Below are positions 1 to 17,811 of a stretch of 64,000 bases of DNA, piece by piece (the stretch's first letter is position 1; the number at the start of each line of letters is the position of its first letter). A program made the position numbers and the translations under genes. This DNA comes from the human T2T-CHM13v2.0 reference genome, Homo sapiens. The DNA is taken from assembly GCF_009914755.1 (NCBI RefSeq), contig NC_060928.1, one strand, 5' to 3'. Under the pieces are notes generated by a model. That model did no database searches and had not been told where the DNA came from. It was given only the letters and a program-made list of their open reading frames with translations.

Positions 1-1230
1 AGTAAGGTAACATCTCAGACTCTCCAGCGTTCTCAACAATTCCTACCTCACGTTGTACACAAAAAATAATTCCAGACAGATCAGAAATTTCAGGAAAGGC
101 CAAACTTTAAATAATATAGAAGAAAATATGGTTGACTGTTTCTGTGAAATAAGTCATAAATAATATATATGCTAAGCTTTGAAAAATATATTAATAAAAT
201 AAACTATATTAAAATTAATAATCTGTGTATTAAAATATGTGATAATTAGTATAAAAAGTAGTCCACATGTTTGAAATAAAAATCAAAATACATATAAACA
301 GTGAAAAATTTATTGAGAATCTATAAAAAGCTCCTTAAAAATCAAGAAGAAAAGACAAAGGACCAATATATAAATAAAACCCAAAAAATTGAAGAATTTC
401 ATGAAAAAAGAAATATACGAGCACTCACAAATATATGCGTACCTTAAAATCATATTGGGATACTATTTTATATCCTTCAAATTGTCAAAAGCTGAAGAGT
501 ATAATACATATTCAGTATTTGGAAGGAGGTTGATTTGAATATTTGTACATTACTAATAGGTGTGGCAATTGGAACAACTAAATTTAGAGGGAAAATGCCA
601 TTATTTAGTAAACTTGTGCATAGCCTACAACACAATAATTCCACATCTACACATATTCCTAGAGAAACTCTTATGTTTTTATACCAGTATACATGTACAA
701 GAAAATTCATTAGAATATTTTTATAATAGTGCAATAAATAATAAAAATGAACTCTGGAAAAAAACAAATATTCATAGAAAGAACAATGAATAAATAAATT
801 GTGGTATTTTCCTTTAGTGGAATACCATATAGCAATGAAATAGTTGAATAGTGAAACAAGTATCAAATATGACAACATCTCTTTTTTTTGTTATGTTATA
901 CTTAATCCATTTATGAAATTTTGAAAATATGCACAACTAAACAATATCTTATTTAAGAATATTGCTTTAGTATGATAAAACTGTTTTTTGAAAGCAAAGG
1001 AATAAAAAAAGCAAAATCCAAGAGATGAGATAATTATCCTGGGGAGATGAGGAGTGCCACTGGGAAGGGGCGTGCAGGGAGCTTCAAAGACATTAGCTAT
1101 GTCTACTTCTTGAAGCTGGGCAGTGGGGTTCACACATGTTTGTTACATTATTTAAACCCTATGAAACATATCAAACATTATTTAAGCATATGAAACATAT
1201 ATTATTGGATATGTCTGAAATATTTTACAG
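1..1230 (+). mobile_element. Ancient L1 (L1ME-like) ORF2 end and 3' UTR, heavily decayed
   Basis: TACCTCAC...CACAAAAAATAATTCCAGA (44-77) resembles the L1 ORF2 3' part. AATTCCACATCTA...CCTAGAGAAACTC and AATAAATTGTGGTAT are L1M 3' motifs. Boundaries approximate. Confidence 0.6.
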
Positions 1231-1639
1231 AAAAAAGGTCAAGTGACACAAGGAATTAGTGGTCCTTCAGTGTTCTGCTGGGCCTTGTGTATGCATGGAT
1301 GTGTATGCACGTTTGGTATGATGTACCAAACACTCATAATAGCCACTAATAGGAAATACTCTTGAGGAGAAATGCTGAGGTTTGTAAAGCAGGAAGATAA
1401 AAGGAACCATTAAACTACTGAATTAATAAATTATAGAACTTTTCCCATTTTAGATTTTTTGTTATATTTGAAAATAAATTCTCTATAGGAAAAAAATACT
1501 AACTATAATCAGTAAGTAAAAAACAAAACAAAAGGAGCAATTTACTCTGTAAATTTTAACCTGTGATGTTATTTTATTGCGTGTCCAGGGATTTTATGTA
1601 TAATTTTTGCCAGACAGTAACCACTACTTTGTTAATGTT

Positions 1640-3700
1640 TTAATTTTTTAACAAAATAGTTTTGATTCAAGTCTAATTTACACAGCAAAATGAACCATTC
1701 TTAAGCGTACAGGTGGATGAATTTTGAAAAATGCATATATCCCTGAAACACACATTTCAATGAACAGAGAATAGTCTGAAAACCCCATGTGCCTTTTTTG
1801 GAAAATACTCCTCACCCTCCAAACAGTGTTCTAACTTCTTTCATTATAAATTAGTTATTCTCCCAGAACTAATGTAAATGAAATTACACAGTATGTATTC
1901 TGTTTTATTGGGCTCTTTTTGCTCAGCAAAATGTCTTTAGTATTCATCCACGTTACTGTATTTATCAGTAATTGTCCCTTTCCATTGCTGACAAAAATGT
2001 ACCATAGCTTGTTAATTGATTCTGCATTTGGATAGTTGAGATGTGTCTATTTTTTAGATATTATAATAATGCTGCTATGATCATTTATGAACGTGTCTTT
2101 TTGTATAAGTATGTTTTCATTTCTCTTAGGGAAAATGCGTAGAGAAGAAATTATTGGATTGAGGAATAATATGTGTAATTTTTTAATATCTAATTTTTAT
2201 GGATACATGACAGCTATACATATTTATGGGGTACATGTGAAATTTTAATACAAGCATACAATGTGTAATGACTAAATCAGGGTAATTGAGATATCCATCA
2301 CCTCAAGCATTTATAATTTCTTTGTGTTAGGAACATTCTAATTCCACTCTTTTAGTTATTTTAAAATATACAATAAATTATTGTCAACTAGAATCATCCT
2401 ACTGAACACTAAATCTTATTGCTTCAATCTGATTATATTTCAGTACCCATTAACTATTCCCTCTTTACTCCTTTCTCTCCACTACCCTTCCCAGCCTTTG
2501 GTAATCATCATTCTACTCTATCTCCATGAGATCAATTTCTTTAGTTCCCACATATGAGTGAGAACATGCAACATTTGTCTTTTCATGCTTGGCTTATTTC
2601 CCTTCACATAACGTCCTCCAGTTCTGTCCATGTTGTTGTAAATGACAGGATCTCATTCTCTTTTATGCTTTAACAATATTCCATTGTGTATATGTATGTA
2701 CCACAGTTTATTTATCCATTCTTCTGCTGATAAACACTTAGGTTGAAGGAATATGTTTAACTTTTTAAAAGCTGCCAGAACCATTTTCAATCTCCTGCAG
2801 CAATGTAAGAAAATTCAGTTGCTTCACATCCCTGCCAACATTTGATGTAATCAGTTTTCTAAATTTTAATCATTTTAGGGAGTGTTTAAAAATATAATGC
2901 TGACTAAAAATTTTGAGAAATTTTTATATGTTATTGGCCATTTATTTATCTTCCTTGGTGAAGTGCTTTTCCAAGTCTTTTGCTCAATGGATAGTGGACT
3001 GTGGATGGAGAGAAGGCTTTATCTTTATATTACAAATTATAGAAATGCTTTATCTATTCCAGATAAAAGTCTTCTGTTAGAGACACGCATTACAAATATT
3101 TTCTCTCAGCCTTCAGCTCGCATATTCAGCTTATTAATGTTATTTTTAAATTAGTAGTATTTTTAATTTTATGAATTTATTTTTTTATTTATTTTCCTTT
3201 TATGATTAGCTTGTTTTTGGCTTTGTGCCTATCCCCAGGTTCACAGAGATATTCTCCTATATATTCTTTGTGAAGCTTTAAATCGTCTTTTTCTTCTTCT
3301 TTTTTTAGTGATTGTTCTAGAGTTAACACCCTACATTTTTAATTTATAATAATCCAGCTTCAAATAATATTCTGCTTCACATATAGTTTAAGAAACTTAC
3401 AATAGTATACTTCCATTTTCCTCTCCAATCCTTTGAGCTATTGTGTTACATATTTTACTTATACACACATTATAGACCTCATAAAACATTGCTATTAGTT
3501 GTGCTTTAAAGAGGCAATTATATTTGAAAGAAATTACCAAAAAGTTACTTTGTATTTACTCACATAGTACAAAGGGGTATAGTTCTTATACTCTTCTTTA
3601 AGGTTTATTTGTAATCATTCATGGGTTTTGATATTATTTTAAATGGTATTTTTATTTTATTTCTATTTTCAAACTGTTCATTTTCAGCATTCAAAATACA
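1640..3700 (-). mobile_element. Ancient L1M fragments (3' region), interrupted by a younger L1MA
   Basis: Antisense L1 3' motifs such as AATAATGCTGCTATGATCATT, CAGCAATGTAAGAAAATTCAGTTGCTTCACATCC and CAAATATTTTCTCTCAGCC. Confidence 0.6.
2187..2745 (-). mobile_element. L1MA-type 3' UTR fragment nested in the older L1M
   Basis: TATTTATGGGGTACATGTGA...CCATCACCTCAAGCATTTAT and CCCACATATGAGTGAGAACATG are L1MA 3' UTR hallmarks. The flanks are degenerate direct repeats (ttgaggaataatatgtgtaatttttt / ttgaaggaatatgtttaacttttt). Confidence 0.75.
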
Positions 3701-3739
3701 TTGTTTCATTGTTGCTCACTGTCTTGCAGCATACATTAA

Positions 3740-3980
3740 ACAGGGAAGTCTTCCAGTCACTCTTTGATCTTTCCCTCAGTCTTCTCACAGCACTTTGTTC
3801 ATTACTTTTGTTATGAATATCGTATAGTATTGTAACCATTCATTTGTATGTCTTTTCCATTCTATTTAAGACCTTCTCAAGGAAAATGACTATGTTTTAT
3901 TAATCTTCACAACCCCAGGGCCTACCACTATTGTTGGTATATAGATAATGTTGAGAAAATGTTTACTGAATGAAAGAAGA
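3740..3980 (+). mobile_element. L2 3' end fragment
   Basis: ACCCCAGGGCCTACCAC...AATGTTTACTGAATGAA resembles the L2 terminus. Confidence 0.6.
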
Positions 3981-5117
3981 ACCCAATTTTAAAAGTACAA
4001 ATCTACATTTTTAAATTATCTCCTCATATTGAAACCTGTGAATTTGCGATACATTTGATACTAACAAATTAGGAGCAAGGAGTTTGCAGTAGTAGAAATA
4101 TGAAGGAAATAATCCAAGCACAATGACTTCAGAAATGCTACCCAGCAGTGACGTTTCAGTTCTCTACTGCTGAAGTGGGCATGTGGGAAATAATAACATC
4201 CAGCACCACCGCCCCAAAACAAACAATGTGTTTTAACTTTTAATGAATGAATAATCTTGCTATGAAAAGCAGGCATCCTGATCTTTCCTAGTTTGCATTA
4301 CAAAGACTCCAGTGTAACACCATAGCTAAAAATTTACAAAGTCACTGCGTAACCTTCTTGTTCTAGGAAGACACTTTAAAAGATAAAAAATGTTTACTAT
4401 GACAATCCCAGCAAATTACAAAAAATTCGTTTGCTAATTGTTTTTCCTGGTAGCATGGCAGAGAGCATTTGGCCCATTGTATAGAAACAACACAGATGAT
4501 CAAGGTGGTATCTCAATATTATGCTAAAGTGAAATTAGTGACAATATCTTGGTGCAATATAGGACCTGTAAGTAGCTTGAAAGAGAAGGAGATGCTAATT
4601 TAGGGAGTTTAGTGCTTTCAATCACTAGTTGTTCTTTTGGGAAAAGCCCCATATGAGCATTTCTTGCTATGCTATACACTGTACTGAGTTTCTCTTTATT
4701 ATATGTCTATAGGAATTACTGGATACTCCAAACAAAGCAATAGGCCAAGTTGCATGAATGAAATACACTTAAGAATTTATTAGGCTGAATTGGTGCACAG
4801 CAGCTGCTGTAAGATAATGTAACTATGACGTGTTTTCACAGCTTAGATCAATGTTTAAATTCTTGTGTATCTGAGATGTGTCAACTAAACCACAGGAGGT
4901 TTAAGAAGCTTCACAAATGCAAAAATCAAATTGTTCTGGGCAGCTCCAGGATTCCATGGTTTGTCACTGAACTGCAATATATACAAGGAAAAACCATGAA
5001 CTACTAATTATTTAAAAAAAAAGTTCCAACAGTTTCTAAGTTCAATCGGTATACGATGTCATTACTTATAAGTAATTTTTGTATTTATTACATAGCAGAT
5101 TTACTATGAATGACTTT

Positions 5118-5221
5118 TATAACAGCCTGCAAGCATATGTATGATACAAGAACACAAAGTCATTGTTAATTAAAAATGACTTTGTGTTCTTGTATCATAC
5201 ATATGCTTGCAAGCTGTCATA
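5118..5221. repeat. 104-bp spacerless near-perfect palindrome (52-bp arms, 3 mismatches)
   Basis: Paired base by base around the centre 5169/5170 (TTAA|TTAA). Mismatches only at 5165/5174, 5127/5212 and 5121/5218. Confidence 0.97.
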
Positions 5222-5426
5222 GACACACTCTGTCTCTTCCATGTTCAAAAGGATTCTCCCTATAATATGCAAAAGACCAGATGAAAAATATGCCTTGAAA
5301 CAAGTAATTATCTTTTCAGGGGCTGCAGTAGAAAATAGAATTAAATTTAATTTTCTAATAAGAACTGTGCATATGCTCACTTTAACATACTGTCAAATTC
5401 TTAAGTAGATGTGCTATCACTTAGAG

Positions 5427-5647
5427 CACGAGGCAGCAAGTTATGGTCCATCAGTCAAATTCAGTTAATCACCTGTTTTAATAAATAAAATTGTATCGGA
5501 ACATAGCCATCCATTAGTTTATAAATTGTCGATGGCTGCTTTCACATTACAGTGGCAAAACTGAGTAATCGTGAGAGGAACTGCATAAGCTATAAAGCCT
5601 AAGATACTTATTAGTTGGCCTTTATAGAAAAAGTTTGCCAACCTCTG
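5427..5647 (+). mobile_element. MER58A (hAT-Charlie DNA transposon)
   Basis: Matches the recalled MER58A consensus (CCTGTTTT...AATAAAA...GGAACATAGCC; TGGCCTTTATAGAAAAAGTTTGCCAACCTCTG). 8-bp TSD acttagag/atttagag. Confidence 0.85.
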
Positions 5648-6499
5648 ATTTAGAGCATGCTAACTGACAAAGAACCAGAAGTATACCATTAGCCTCGATA
5701 GAAAGGCCAAACTAATTTAATGTCTCCAACCATAAGTATATAAATGCACAAAATAATTTCTAAAATAATATCTAATTTCTCATAAATAATATCTCCATAG
5801 TTTTACATCTAAAACTTAGATGTTTCTTAAAATATTGTTCATATAACAAGATAGAAGTAAAATTCTTTAATTTTGATGACACAAAATAGTATGATTTGCA
5901 ACCAGTGGGAAGAAAATTAATTAACATTAGAGTTATCACCAATGAGAGAAAGGGACACCAATCAAGATAGCTAGTACAACAAATTATTCCCAATACTATA
6001 ATGATCCAGTAATATGGGAAGCATAGACATAGACAGCATACAAATATGAGAAATAATGTGTGGAATCTGAATGGAAACAAAAGAGGAACCTCAGAACGGT
6101 GACAACTTCAGTTTTGTAAATCCAGCCATGTTTAAGGACTTCTGGGGCACTGCAGAACAGCTTTTTGTCATTATTTCTTTCCTTCTTCCAACTCCAATGA
6201 GATTACTCTTGTTAAGAAATTGTATCACAGGAATTTCCCAATTCCTTTTCTTTTTACTAAACAGTAGACACTATGCATGGCTTAAATTGTAGATGGGGAA
6301 ATGGCAGTGGGTTACAGAAGTCATAATCTATGTGAGCTGATCTGATATTGTAGCACTCTCAGATATTTTTCTTAAAATTATAAAAAAATGTTCTTTCCAT
6401 TATTTTGGAAAGTCAGAACTGCTGAGATGGAATATAACAAGAAGTCAACACAAACAATTCTACAATAACCGTAAAACCCAAAAGGCAGTGAAAAGCAGT

Positions 6500-7509
6500 A
6501 AAAGTGAGAAGTCAGTGACTATTATATTAAATGGAATTAAAGAAAAAAATTAAGCTATAAGCTATCATGACTAAGCCATAACACAGAGCCGTTGAAAGAG
6601 ATTTTTAAGTGGTAAGGGATAGATACCCCTACCACATAAAAAAATATTTAAACCAAAGAGAGCTAGTATCTTATATTAACAAAATAGCCTTTAAGGCAAA
6701 AAGTATTATTAAGAATTACAATAGTCATTACTTAATGACAAAAGAGAAACTCCCCAAGAAAATATAACAGTCTTGGACTTATATGCACTTAGCATTACCT
6801 CAAAATGTGTAAAGCAAATATTAAAACAATTATAAGACTACAAAGAAAGCTGAAAAATTCACGATCACAGTGAGAGATTTTAACACATGTAAGTATCTCT
6901 TGCTTTTTATACAAACTGTTATAAAATAACAAAAAAGTGAGAAATCCTCCTATTAATTTGTTGAGGTTCATAAACTATCATACAAAGATAATATAAGACA
7001 AGAAAATTATAGTATAATCTTATGAACACACAGGTGAAAAATTTTAAAAATTATCAAGCAAAATTATATGTTAGGAAAAAATAATACAGAAAACCAAGTA
7101 GAGTTTATCCCAAGTATACAAGCATGTGGCAAATTGAGAATCTCTAGTAATATAATTCAATATATTTAACACATTAAAAAAGAAAAATTCTTGTCATATT
7201 CAGTAGATAGAGAAAATAATTTGATATCATTTCAAATCTATTCATGGTTAAAACACACACATATATTTCACCAACTAGAAAAAGAGACATTTTTCATAAC
7301 TGGGTAAGAGTTTTCTATCAAAAGCAACAAATATCATATTTAATGATGAAAACAAGAAAAAGAGGCATTCCCTCTCAGATTTAATAAAATATAAAGATGT
7401 CTGCCATCATTGTTTCTATTCAATAGTACCCTGCAAATGAAATGAAATTTTTAAAATTGGCATACGAATTGAAAAAAACAAACTGTTCTCCACTGAAGAC
7501 AACAGGATT
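6500..7509 (+). mobile_element. Ancient L1M ORF2 fossil (EN to RT region), left part of the element interrupted by the L1PA
   Basis: Collinear decayed equivalents of [11 protein letters not shown] (~7093), SIDAEKAFD (~7200), ANIILNG (~7329), [12 protein letters not shown] (~7390) and [10 protein letters not shown] (~7480-7509). Confidence 0.7.
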
Positions 7510-7738
7510 TTTTTTTAATTTAATTTTATTATTATTATACTTTAAGTTTTAGGGTACATGTGCACAATGTGCAGGTTAGTTACATATGTATACATGTGCC
7601 ATGCTGCTGTGCTGCACCCATTAACTCGTCATTTAGCATTAGATATATCTCCTAATGCTATCCCTCCCCCGTCCCCCCACCTCGCAACAGTCCCCAGAGT
7701 GTGATGTTCCCCTTCCTGTGTCCGTGTGTTCGCATTGT

Positions 7739-10800
<3,062 letters not shown>

Positions 10801-11078
10801 ACTGCTAATGAATAAAAGGTGAAGTAGGAAGCACCAGTAATCTGCCTCCCTACCTAGACAACAATTGCACTGACTGACAGAATTTGCATGAGGTAACTAT
10901 TTTGGAACTCTGGAGTCTATTGAAGGCTCGCAATTTCTAGGCTAATCCTCAGTATGAAGAAAGCCCACACCAATCAGAAACAAAACAAAACAAAATTTAA
11001 AAACAGCAAACGATGGGATAGAAGGAGAATCTGATTTCCATAGTTATCATATTAGTAGATTCAAATTTTCAGTTTTTA

Positions 11079-12135
11079 CATTGATGAAAGAAATTGAAGA
11101 GAACACAATAAAATGGAAAAATAGTCAATGTTTATGTATTGGAGGAATCAATACTGTTAAAATGTCTATACCCTACTCAAAGTAATTTACAGATATGATT
11201 CATTTCCTATCAAAGTACCAATGACATTCTTCATAGAAACAGGAAAAACAATCCTAAATGTATATGGAGCCACAAAATACCCAGAGTAGCCAAAACTGTC
11301 CTAAGCCAAAAGAGCAAATCTGGAGGAATCACATTACCTGACTTCAAATTATATTACAGAGCTATAGTAACCAAAGCTGTATGGTGCTGGCATAAAAATA
11401 GACACACAGACCAATGGAACAAAAGAGAGAACCCACAAACAAATCCATACATCTACAGTGAACTCATTTTCAACAAAGCTGCCAAGAACATACATTGGGG
11501 AAAGAACAGTCTCTTCAATAAATGGTGCTGAGAAAACTGGATATCTATATGCAGAAGAATAAAACTAGACCCTAATCTCTCACAATAAACAAAATTCAAA
11601 TCAAAATAGATTACAGTCTTAAATGTAAGACCTCAAACTATAAAAGTTCTATAGGAAAATTTTGGGGAAACTCTCCAGGACATTCAACTGGGCAAATATT
11701 TCTTGAGTAATACCCCACAAGAATAGGCAACCAAAGCAAAAATAGACAAATAGGATAACAAGTTAAAAACTCCTCCACAGCAAAGGAAACAGTCCATGAA
11801 GTGAAGAGATAACCCAAAGAATGGGAGAAAATATTTGCAAACTATCTATGTGACAAAGTATTAATAACAGAATATATAAGGAGCTCAAACGACTCTATTA
11901 GAAAAAAATTGAAAAATCTGGTTAAATAATAATTTAATGTTCAATAATAATTATATACATTTAAAGGAAACTAAAAGTATTTATAATTGCTTTATTTGTA
12001 ACACAAAGGATAAATGCTTGAGGTGATGGATACCCTATTTACCCTGATGTGATTTGTATGCATTGCATGCCTATATCAAATATCTCATGTACACCTATGT
12101 CTCATGTACTCATGAAAATTAAAAACTTTAAAAGG
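11079..12135 (+). mobile_element. L1MA-type fragment (ORF2 end plus 3' UTR, internally deleted) nested in the L1M
   Basis: ORF2-like GGAATCACATTACCTGACTTCAAATTATATTAC, then the L1MA 3' UTR AAGGATAAATGCTTGAGGTGATGGATACCC. Host L1 sequence resumes at ~12146. Confidence 0.75.
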
Positions 12136-13740
12136 AATAACGTTGTTTTCAACAAAAGTCACAAGTCATACAAAAAAAAGGGAAGTATGGCTCAGTCAAA
12201 GAAAAAAATAGACAGAAAACGATCCCTGAGAAAGGCCAGATGGCAAAACTACTAGATAAAGACTTTAAAACAATTCTTTCAAAGATGCTCAAAGAACTGA
12301 AGGAAGACATGCAAAAAGTCAAGAAAATAACATATTAACAATAAAAATATTAATAAAGAAAAATCCTAAAAAGGAAAAAAAAGAAATTCTAGAGCTGAAA
12401 AGTACAAGAAGTGAAGTGAAAAAAAATTCATGAGACAAACTCCAAGGAAGATTTGAGCAGCAGAGTAAAGAATCAATGAACTTGAAGACAGAACAATAAA
12501 AATTATTAATTATGAAGAACAGAAAGAAGGATTGAGAAAAATTAAACGAAGCCTAAGCAACCTGTGGAACACCATTAAGTGAACCAACTTACACATTGTG
12601 GAGTTTCAAAAGAAGAAGAGAGAGAGAGGGGTAGAAAGATTATATAAAGAAATAATTGCCAAAACTTCCCAAGTTTGATGAAAGATATAAACATCTAAGA
12701 AGCTCAACAAATGCCAAGTTGGATGAATCAAAAAGACCCCATGCTAAGACACATTAAAATTAAAATGTTGAAAGCCAAAGACAAAGAGAGAATATTGAAA
12801 GCAGTGAGAAAGAAGTGATTCAGCACATACAAGAGATTCTTAATAAGATTATTAGCAGATTTCTAATCAGAAACTTTGGAGGGCAGAAGGGAGTGGGCTA
12901 ATATATTCAAAGTGCTAAAAGAAAAAAAGTGTCAACCAAGAATCTAATGTTTAACAAAACTGTTTTTCAAAAGTAGGAAAGAAATTAAGACATTTCCAGA
13001 TAAAAGCTGAAAGAATTCACTACCACTAGACCTGCTTTGCAAGAAATGCTAAATAAAGTCATTCGGGTTAAAATGAAAGGACACTCAAAACTATATGAGG
13101 AAGTAAAAACTCAGTAAAGGAAAATATATAGATAATTATAAAAGTTAGTATTATTGCAATAATCATTTGTAATTCTACTCTTTGCTTTCTACATAATTTA
13201 AGAGGCTAATGCACTGAGAAGAACTGCTTGTTTTTGGACACACACAATGTAAATGTAATTTATAACATCAATAACTAAATAAAGGGATTAAGGACAAAGC
13301 TGGAAAAAAGCAGAGTTTGTATGTTACTGAAGTTAAGTTGGTATAAATTCAAATTGGTGTGCTACAACTTCAACATATTAAATGTATTCCCCATGCTAGA
13401 CACATACAAAAAACAGTTATAGAATCTATACAAAAGAAAATCAGAAGGGAATTAAAATGTTTTAGTACAAAAGAAAGAAAGAAAAAAAGACAGTAATGCG
13501 GGAAATGAGGGACAAAAAAGCTCTGAGTCATACAGAAAACAAATACCAAAATGTCAGAGGTTCCTCCTTGGTAATTGCTTTAAATGTAAGTAGATTAAAT
13601 TCTTCTATCAAAAGACAGATGGGCAGAATGGATTTAAAAAAAAAACACCATCCAACTATATGCTATCTATGAGAGATTTGCTTTAGATCCAAAGACAGAA
13701 ATAGACTGAAAGTCAGAGGATGGAAAAATATATTTGTGCA

Positions 13741-14010
13741 TCTAGCACTTTGGGAGGCTGAGGTGGGAGGATCTCTTCAGGTCAGGAGTTCAAGACCAGC
13801 CTGGGCAACATATCAAGACCTTGTCTGTACAAAAAAAAAATTATAAAATTAGCTGGGTATGGTGGTGCACACCTGTATTCCTAGCTACTCAGGAGACTGA
13901 GGCAGGAGGCTCACTTGAGCCAGGAATTCAAGGCTGCAATGGGCCATTATTACACCACTGCACTCCAGCCTGGGCAACAAAGTGAGACCCTGTCTTGAAA
14001 ACAAACTAAA
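13741..14010 (+). mobile_element. AluJ, slightly 5'-truncated
   Basis: CTGGGCAACATA, CACTTGAGCCAGGAATTCAAGGCTGCA and GAGACCCTGTCT are J-type features. Confidence 0.85.
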
Positions 14011-17000
14011 AAGGATATTCTATGCAAATAGTAACCATAAAGAGAACAGGGATGGTTATACTAACATCAGACATAGTAACTTTAAATCAAAAAAAGTTTA
14101 CAAGAGACAAACAGGACACTGTATTAATAAAGCATTCAATATAAAAGAAGATATAACAATTATAAATATTTATTCACCTAATAATAGACCATCAAAATAT
14201 AGGAAGCAAAAATTCACAAGACTGGAAGGAGAAATTGACAGATGTACGACAGTAGTTGGAGACTTCAACATGCTATTCTAAATAGTAAATATAACAACCA
14301 TACAAATACAAATTATATGTAAAGAAATAGAGAACTTGAACAGCACAATAAATGAACAATAGCTAATAGACGTATACAGAACCGTCTTCCTCAAAACAAT
14401 ATACAATATTCTCAAGTGCACATGGGACATATTCCAGAATAGGCCATATGTTAGTCCAAGATATAATACACTATTTTCTCTGGTCACAACAGTATGAAGT
14501 TAGAAACCAATAACAGAGAAAAACTTAACAATTCAGAAATTTGTAGAAATTAATAAAAACACTTTTAGACAACCAATGGATCAAATAAGAAGTCATAAGG
14601 GAAAATATAAATTCATACTAGGAGATGAATTAAAATGAAAATACAACATAACAAAACCTATAAGCCACCACAAAAGCAATGCTAAGGGAGAAATTTAGAG
14701 CTGCAAATGCTTACAATACAAAAGAGAGAAAGATCTTGAATAACAACCTAACTTTGCAACTTAAGGAATTAGAAAAAGAAGAACATATTAAACTCAAACC
14801 TGACAGATGGTAGAAAATAACAAAGATTTGAGCAGAGACCAACAAAATAGAGAATAGAAAAGCAAAAAAGAAAATTGTTGAAATCGAAAGTTTGTTTTTT
14901 AAAAAGATTAACAAAATTGACAAATCTTTAGCTGGATTTAGTAAGATAAAGAAGAAGGACTCAAATTCCTGAAATCAGAAATGAAAGTGGATATATGAGT
15001 GGGGACATTAGTACAAATTCTAAAAAAAGGAATAGGACAATAAGAGATTACTGTGATTAATTGTATGCCAACAAATTGCTTGAACTAAATGAAATGGACA
15101 AATTCCTAGAAACACAAAATCTACTAATACAGACTCAATTTAAAAAACACAAAATCTGAATAGACCTGTTACTAGCAAGGAAATTAAATCAATAATCAAA
15201 AACATTCTGACAAAGAAAAAGCCCTGACCCTGATGGCTTCACTGATGAATTCTACCATTCTACCATACAAAGAAGAACTAACTCCAATTATTTTCAAACT
15301 TTCCCTAAAAATTGAATAGGAGGGAACACTTACAGACTCATTCTATGAGACCAACACTGCCCTGAAACAAAAGCCAGACAAAGATATTACAAGAAAATAA
15401 AACCACAGACCAATATCCCTGTGAATATTGATGGGAAAATCCTCAATAAAATATTGACAAACTCTTAGCAACAAAATACTAGCAACACATTAAAGGGATT
15501 ATATACTATGACCAAGTGAGATTTATTGCTAGAATGCAAGGATGGTTCAACATACAAAAATCAATCTATGTAGTATATCTCATTAATGGAATGAAGGAAA
15601 ACATTATGTGATTATTTCAATTGATACAGAAAAACCATTTGACAAAATTCAACACCCTTTCATGATTTTAAAAAACACTCAACAAACTAAAAATAGAATG
15701 AAACTATCTCAACACAATAAGAACCATATATGAAAAACTCATCGTGAACATCATACTCAATTGTGAAAGAGCAAAAGATATTCCTCTAACATCAGGAACA
15801 AGGTAAGGATGTTCACTTTTACACCTTCTATTCAACAAATTTCTAGAAGTTTCAGCCAGAGCAATTAGGGAAAAAAACAGGAAAGAAGGAAATAAAGAAA
15901 GGGCATCCAAATTTGAAAGGAAAAAGTACAATTATATTTGTTCACAGATAATCTGATTTTCTACATAGAAAACCCTTAAGATTCCTTAAAAAAAAAAAAA
16001 AAAAAAAAAAAACTGTTAGAACTGATAAACAGATTCAGCAAAGCAGCAGGATACAAAGTTAACGCGCAAAAATCAATTGCATTTCTATACACTAACAATG
16101 AACAATCTGAAAAGGAAATTATGAAAACATTTCAAATTACAATAGCATCAGAAAGAATGAAATACTTAGGAATTGACTTAACCAAGAAGGAAAAACACTT
16201 GTACAATGAAAACTAAAGAAAAAATACTGAAATGTATTTTTAAAAGGCATAAAAAATAGAAAGACATCTCATGTTCATAGATTGGATGTCTTAATATTGT
16301 TAAGATGTCAATACTAGCCAAAGCTATATGCAAACTCAATGCAATCCTTATCAGAATCACATTGATTTTTGCAAAAACAGACAAATCCACCCTAAAATTC
16401 ATATGAAGTCTCAAGGAGACTTAAGTAGCCAAAACAACCTTGAAAAAAGAACAAAACGGAAGGACCCACACTTCCTGATTTCAAAACCTACTACAAAGCT
16501 ACAATAATCAAAACTGTGTAGTACTAGCATAAAGACTGATGTATAGATCAATGAAATAGAATAGGAACCCCAGAAAAAACCTTGGCATAAACAATCAATT
16601 AATTTTCAACCAGGATGCCAAGACCATCCAATGGTGAAAGGACAGTCTTTTCAACAAACAGTACTGGGAAAACTGTATATTCACATGCAAACAAATGAAG
16701 TTGGACCTTTACCTAACAACAAATGCAAAAGTTAACCAATAATGGATCAAAGATCTAAATGTAAGAGCAAAAACAATCAAACTGTTATAAGACAACATAG
16801 AACAAACCTTCACAATATTGGATTGTCAATGATTTCTTGGATATAACATGAAAGACACAAGCAACAAAAGCAAAAATAGACAAATTGGACTTCATAAAAA
16901 TTTAAAACTTGTTCATGAAAGGATACTGTCAATAGAGTGAAAAGGCAACCTGTGGAGTGGGAGAAAATATTTTCAAATAATACAGATAAAAAGAAATTCA

Positions 17001-17056
17001 AATCCAAAATACGTAGAAACTAACACTAAATAATTTTTTAAAAAAATATTCAAGTT

Positions 17057-17353
<297 letters not shown>

Positions 17354-17733
17354 TCAAGTATTCAAGTTACCATCTCACATCCATTGGGATGGCTATTATT
17401 TCAAAAAAAATTAAAAACCAAACAATCAAAACTACAGAAAATAACAAGCGTTGTTGAGAATGTGGAGAGATATGAACCCTTGTGCCCTATTGGTGAAAAT
17501 GAAAATTAGTACAGCCACCCTGGAAAACAGCACAGCAGTACCTTAAAAAATGAAAAATAGAATTACCATGTGATCCAGCAATCCCATGCCTGGTTATATG
17601 CCCAAAAGAATTGAAAGCAGGGTCTCAAAAAGATATTTGTACACCTGTCTTCATAGCAGTATTATTCACACTAGCTAAAACATGAAAGCAATTCAAATGT
17701 CCATCCAGGAATGAACAGATTAGCAAAATGTGC

Positions 17734-17811
17734 TATATATATATATATAGCACACACACATATATATATAGCATATATATATATATATATATATAGCCAC
17801 ATATATACACA
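17734..17811. repeat. Compound (TA)n/(CA)n microsatellite within the L1 3' region
   Basis: Read directly from the sequence. Confidence 0.95.

Noticed and set aside
6040-6100. Strong-looking - strand splice acceptor (TTCCTCTTTTGTTTCCATTCAG at 6067) and + strand ORF METKEEPQ
   Set aside because: No convincing partner donor or recognisable coding sequence. Isolated motif.
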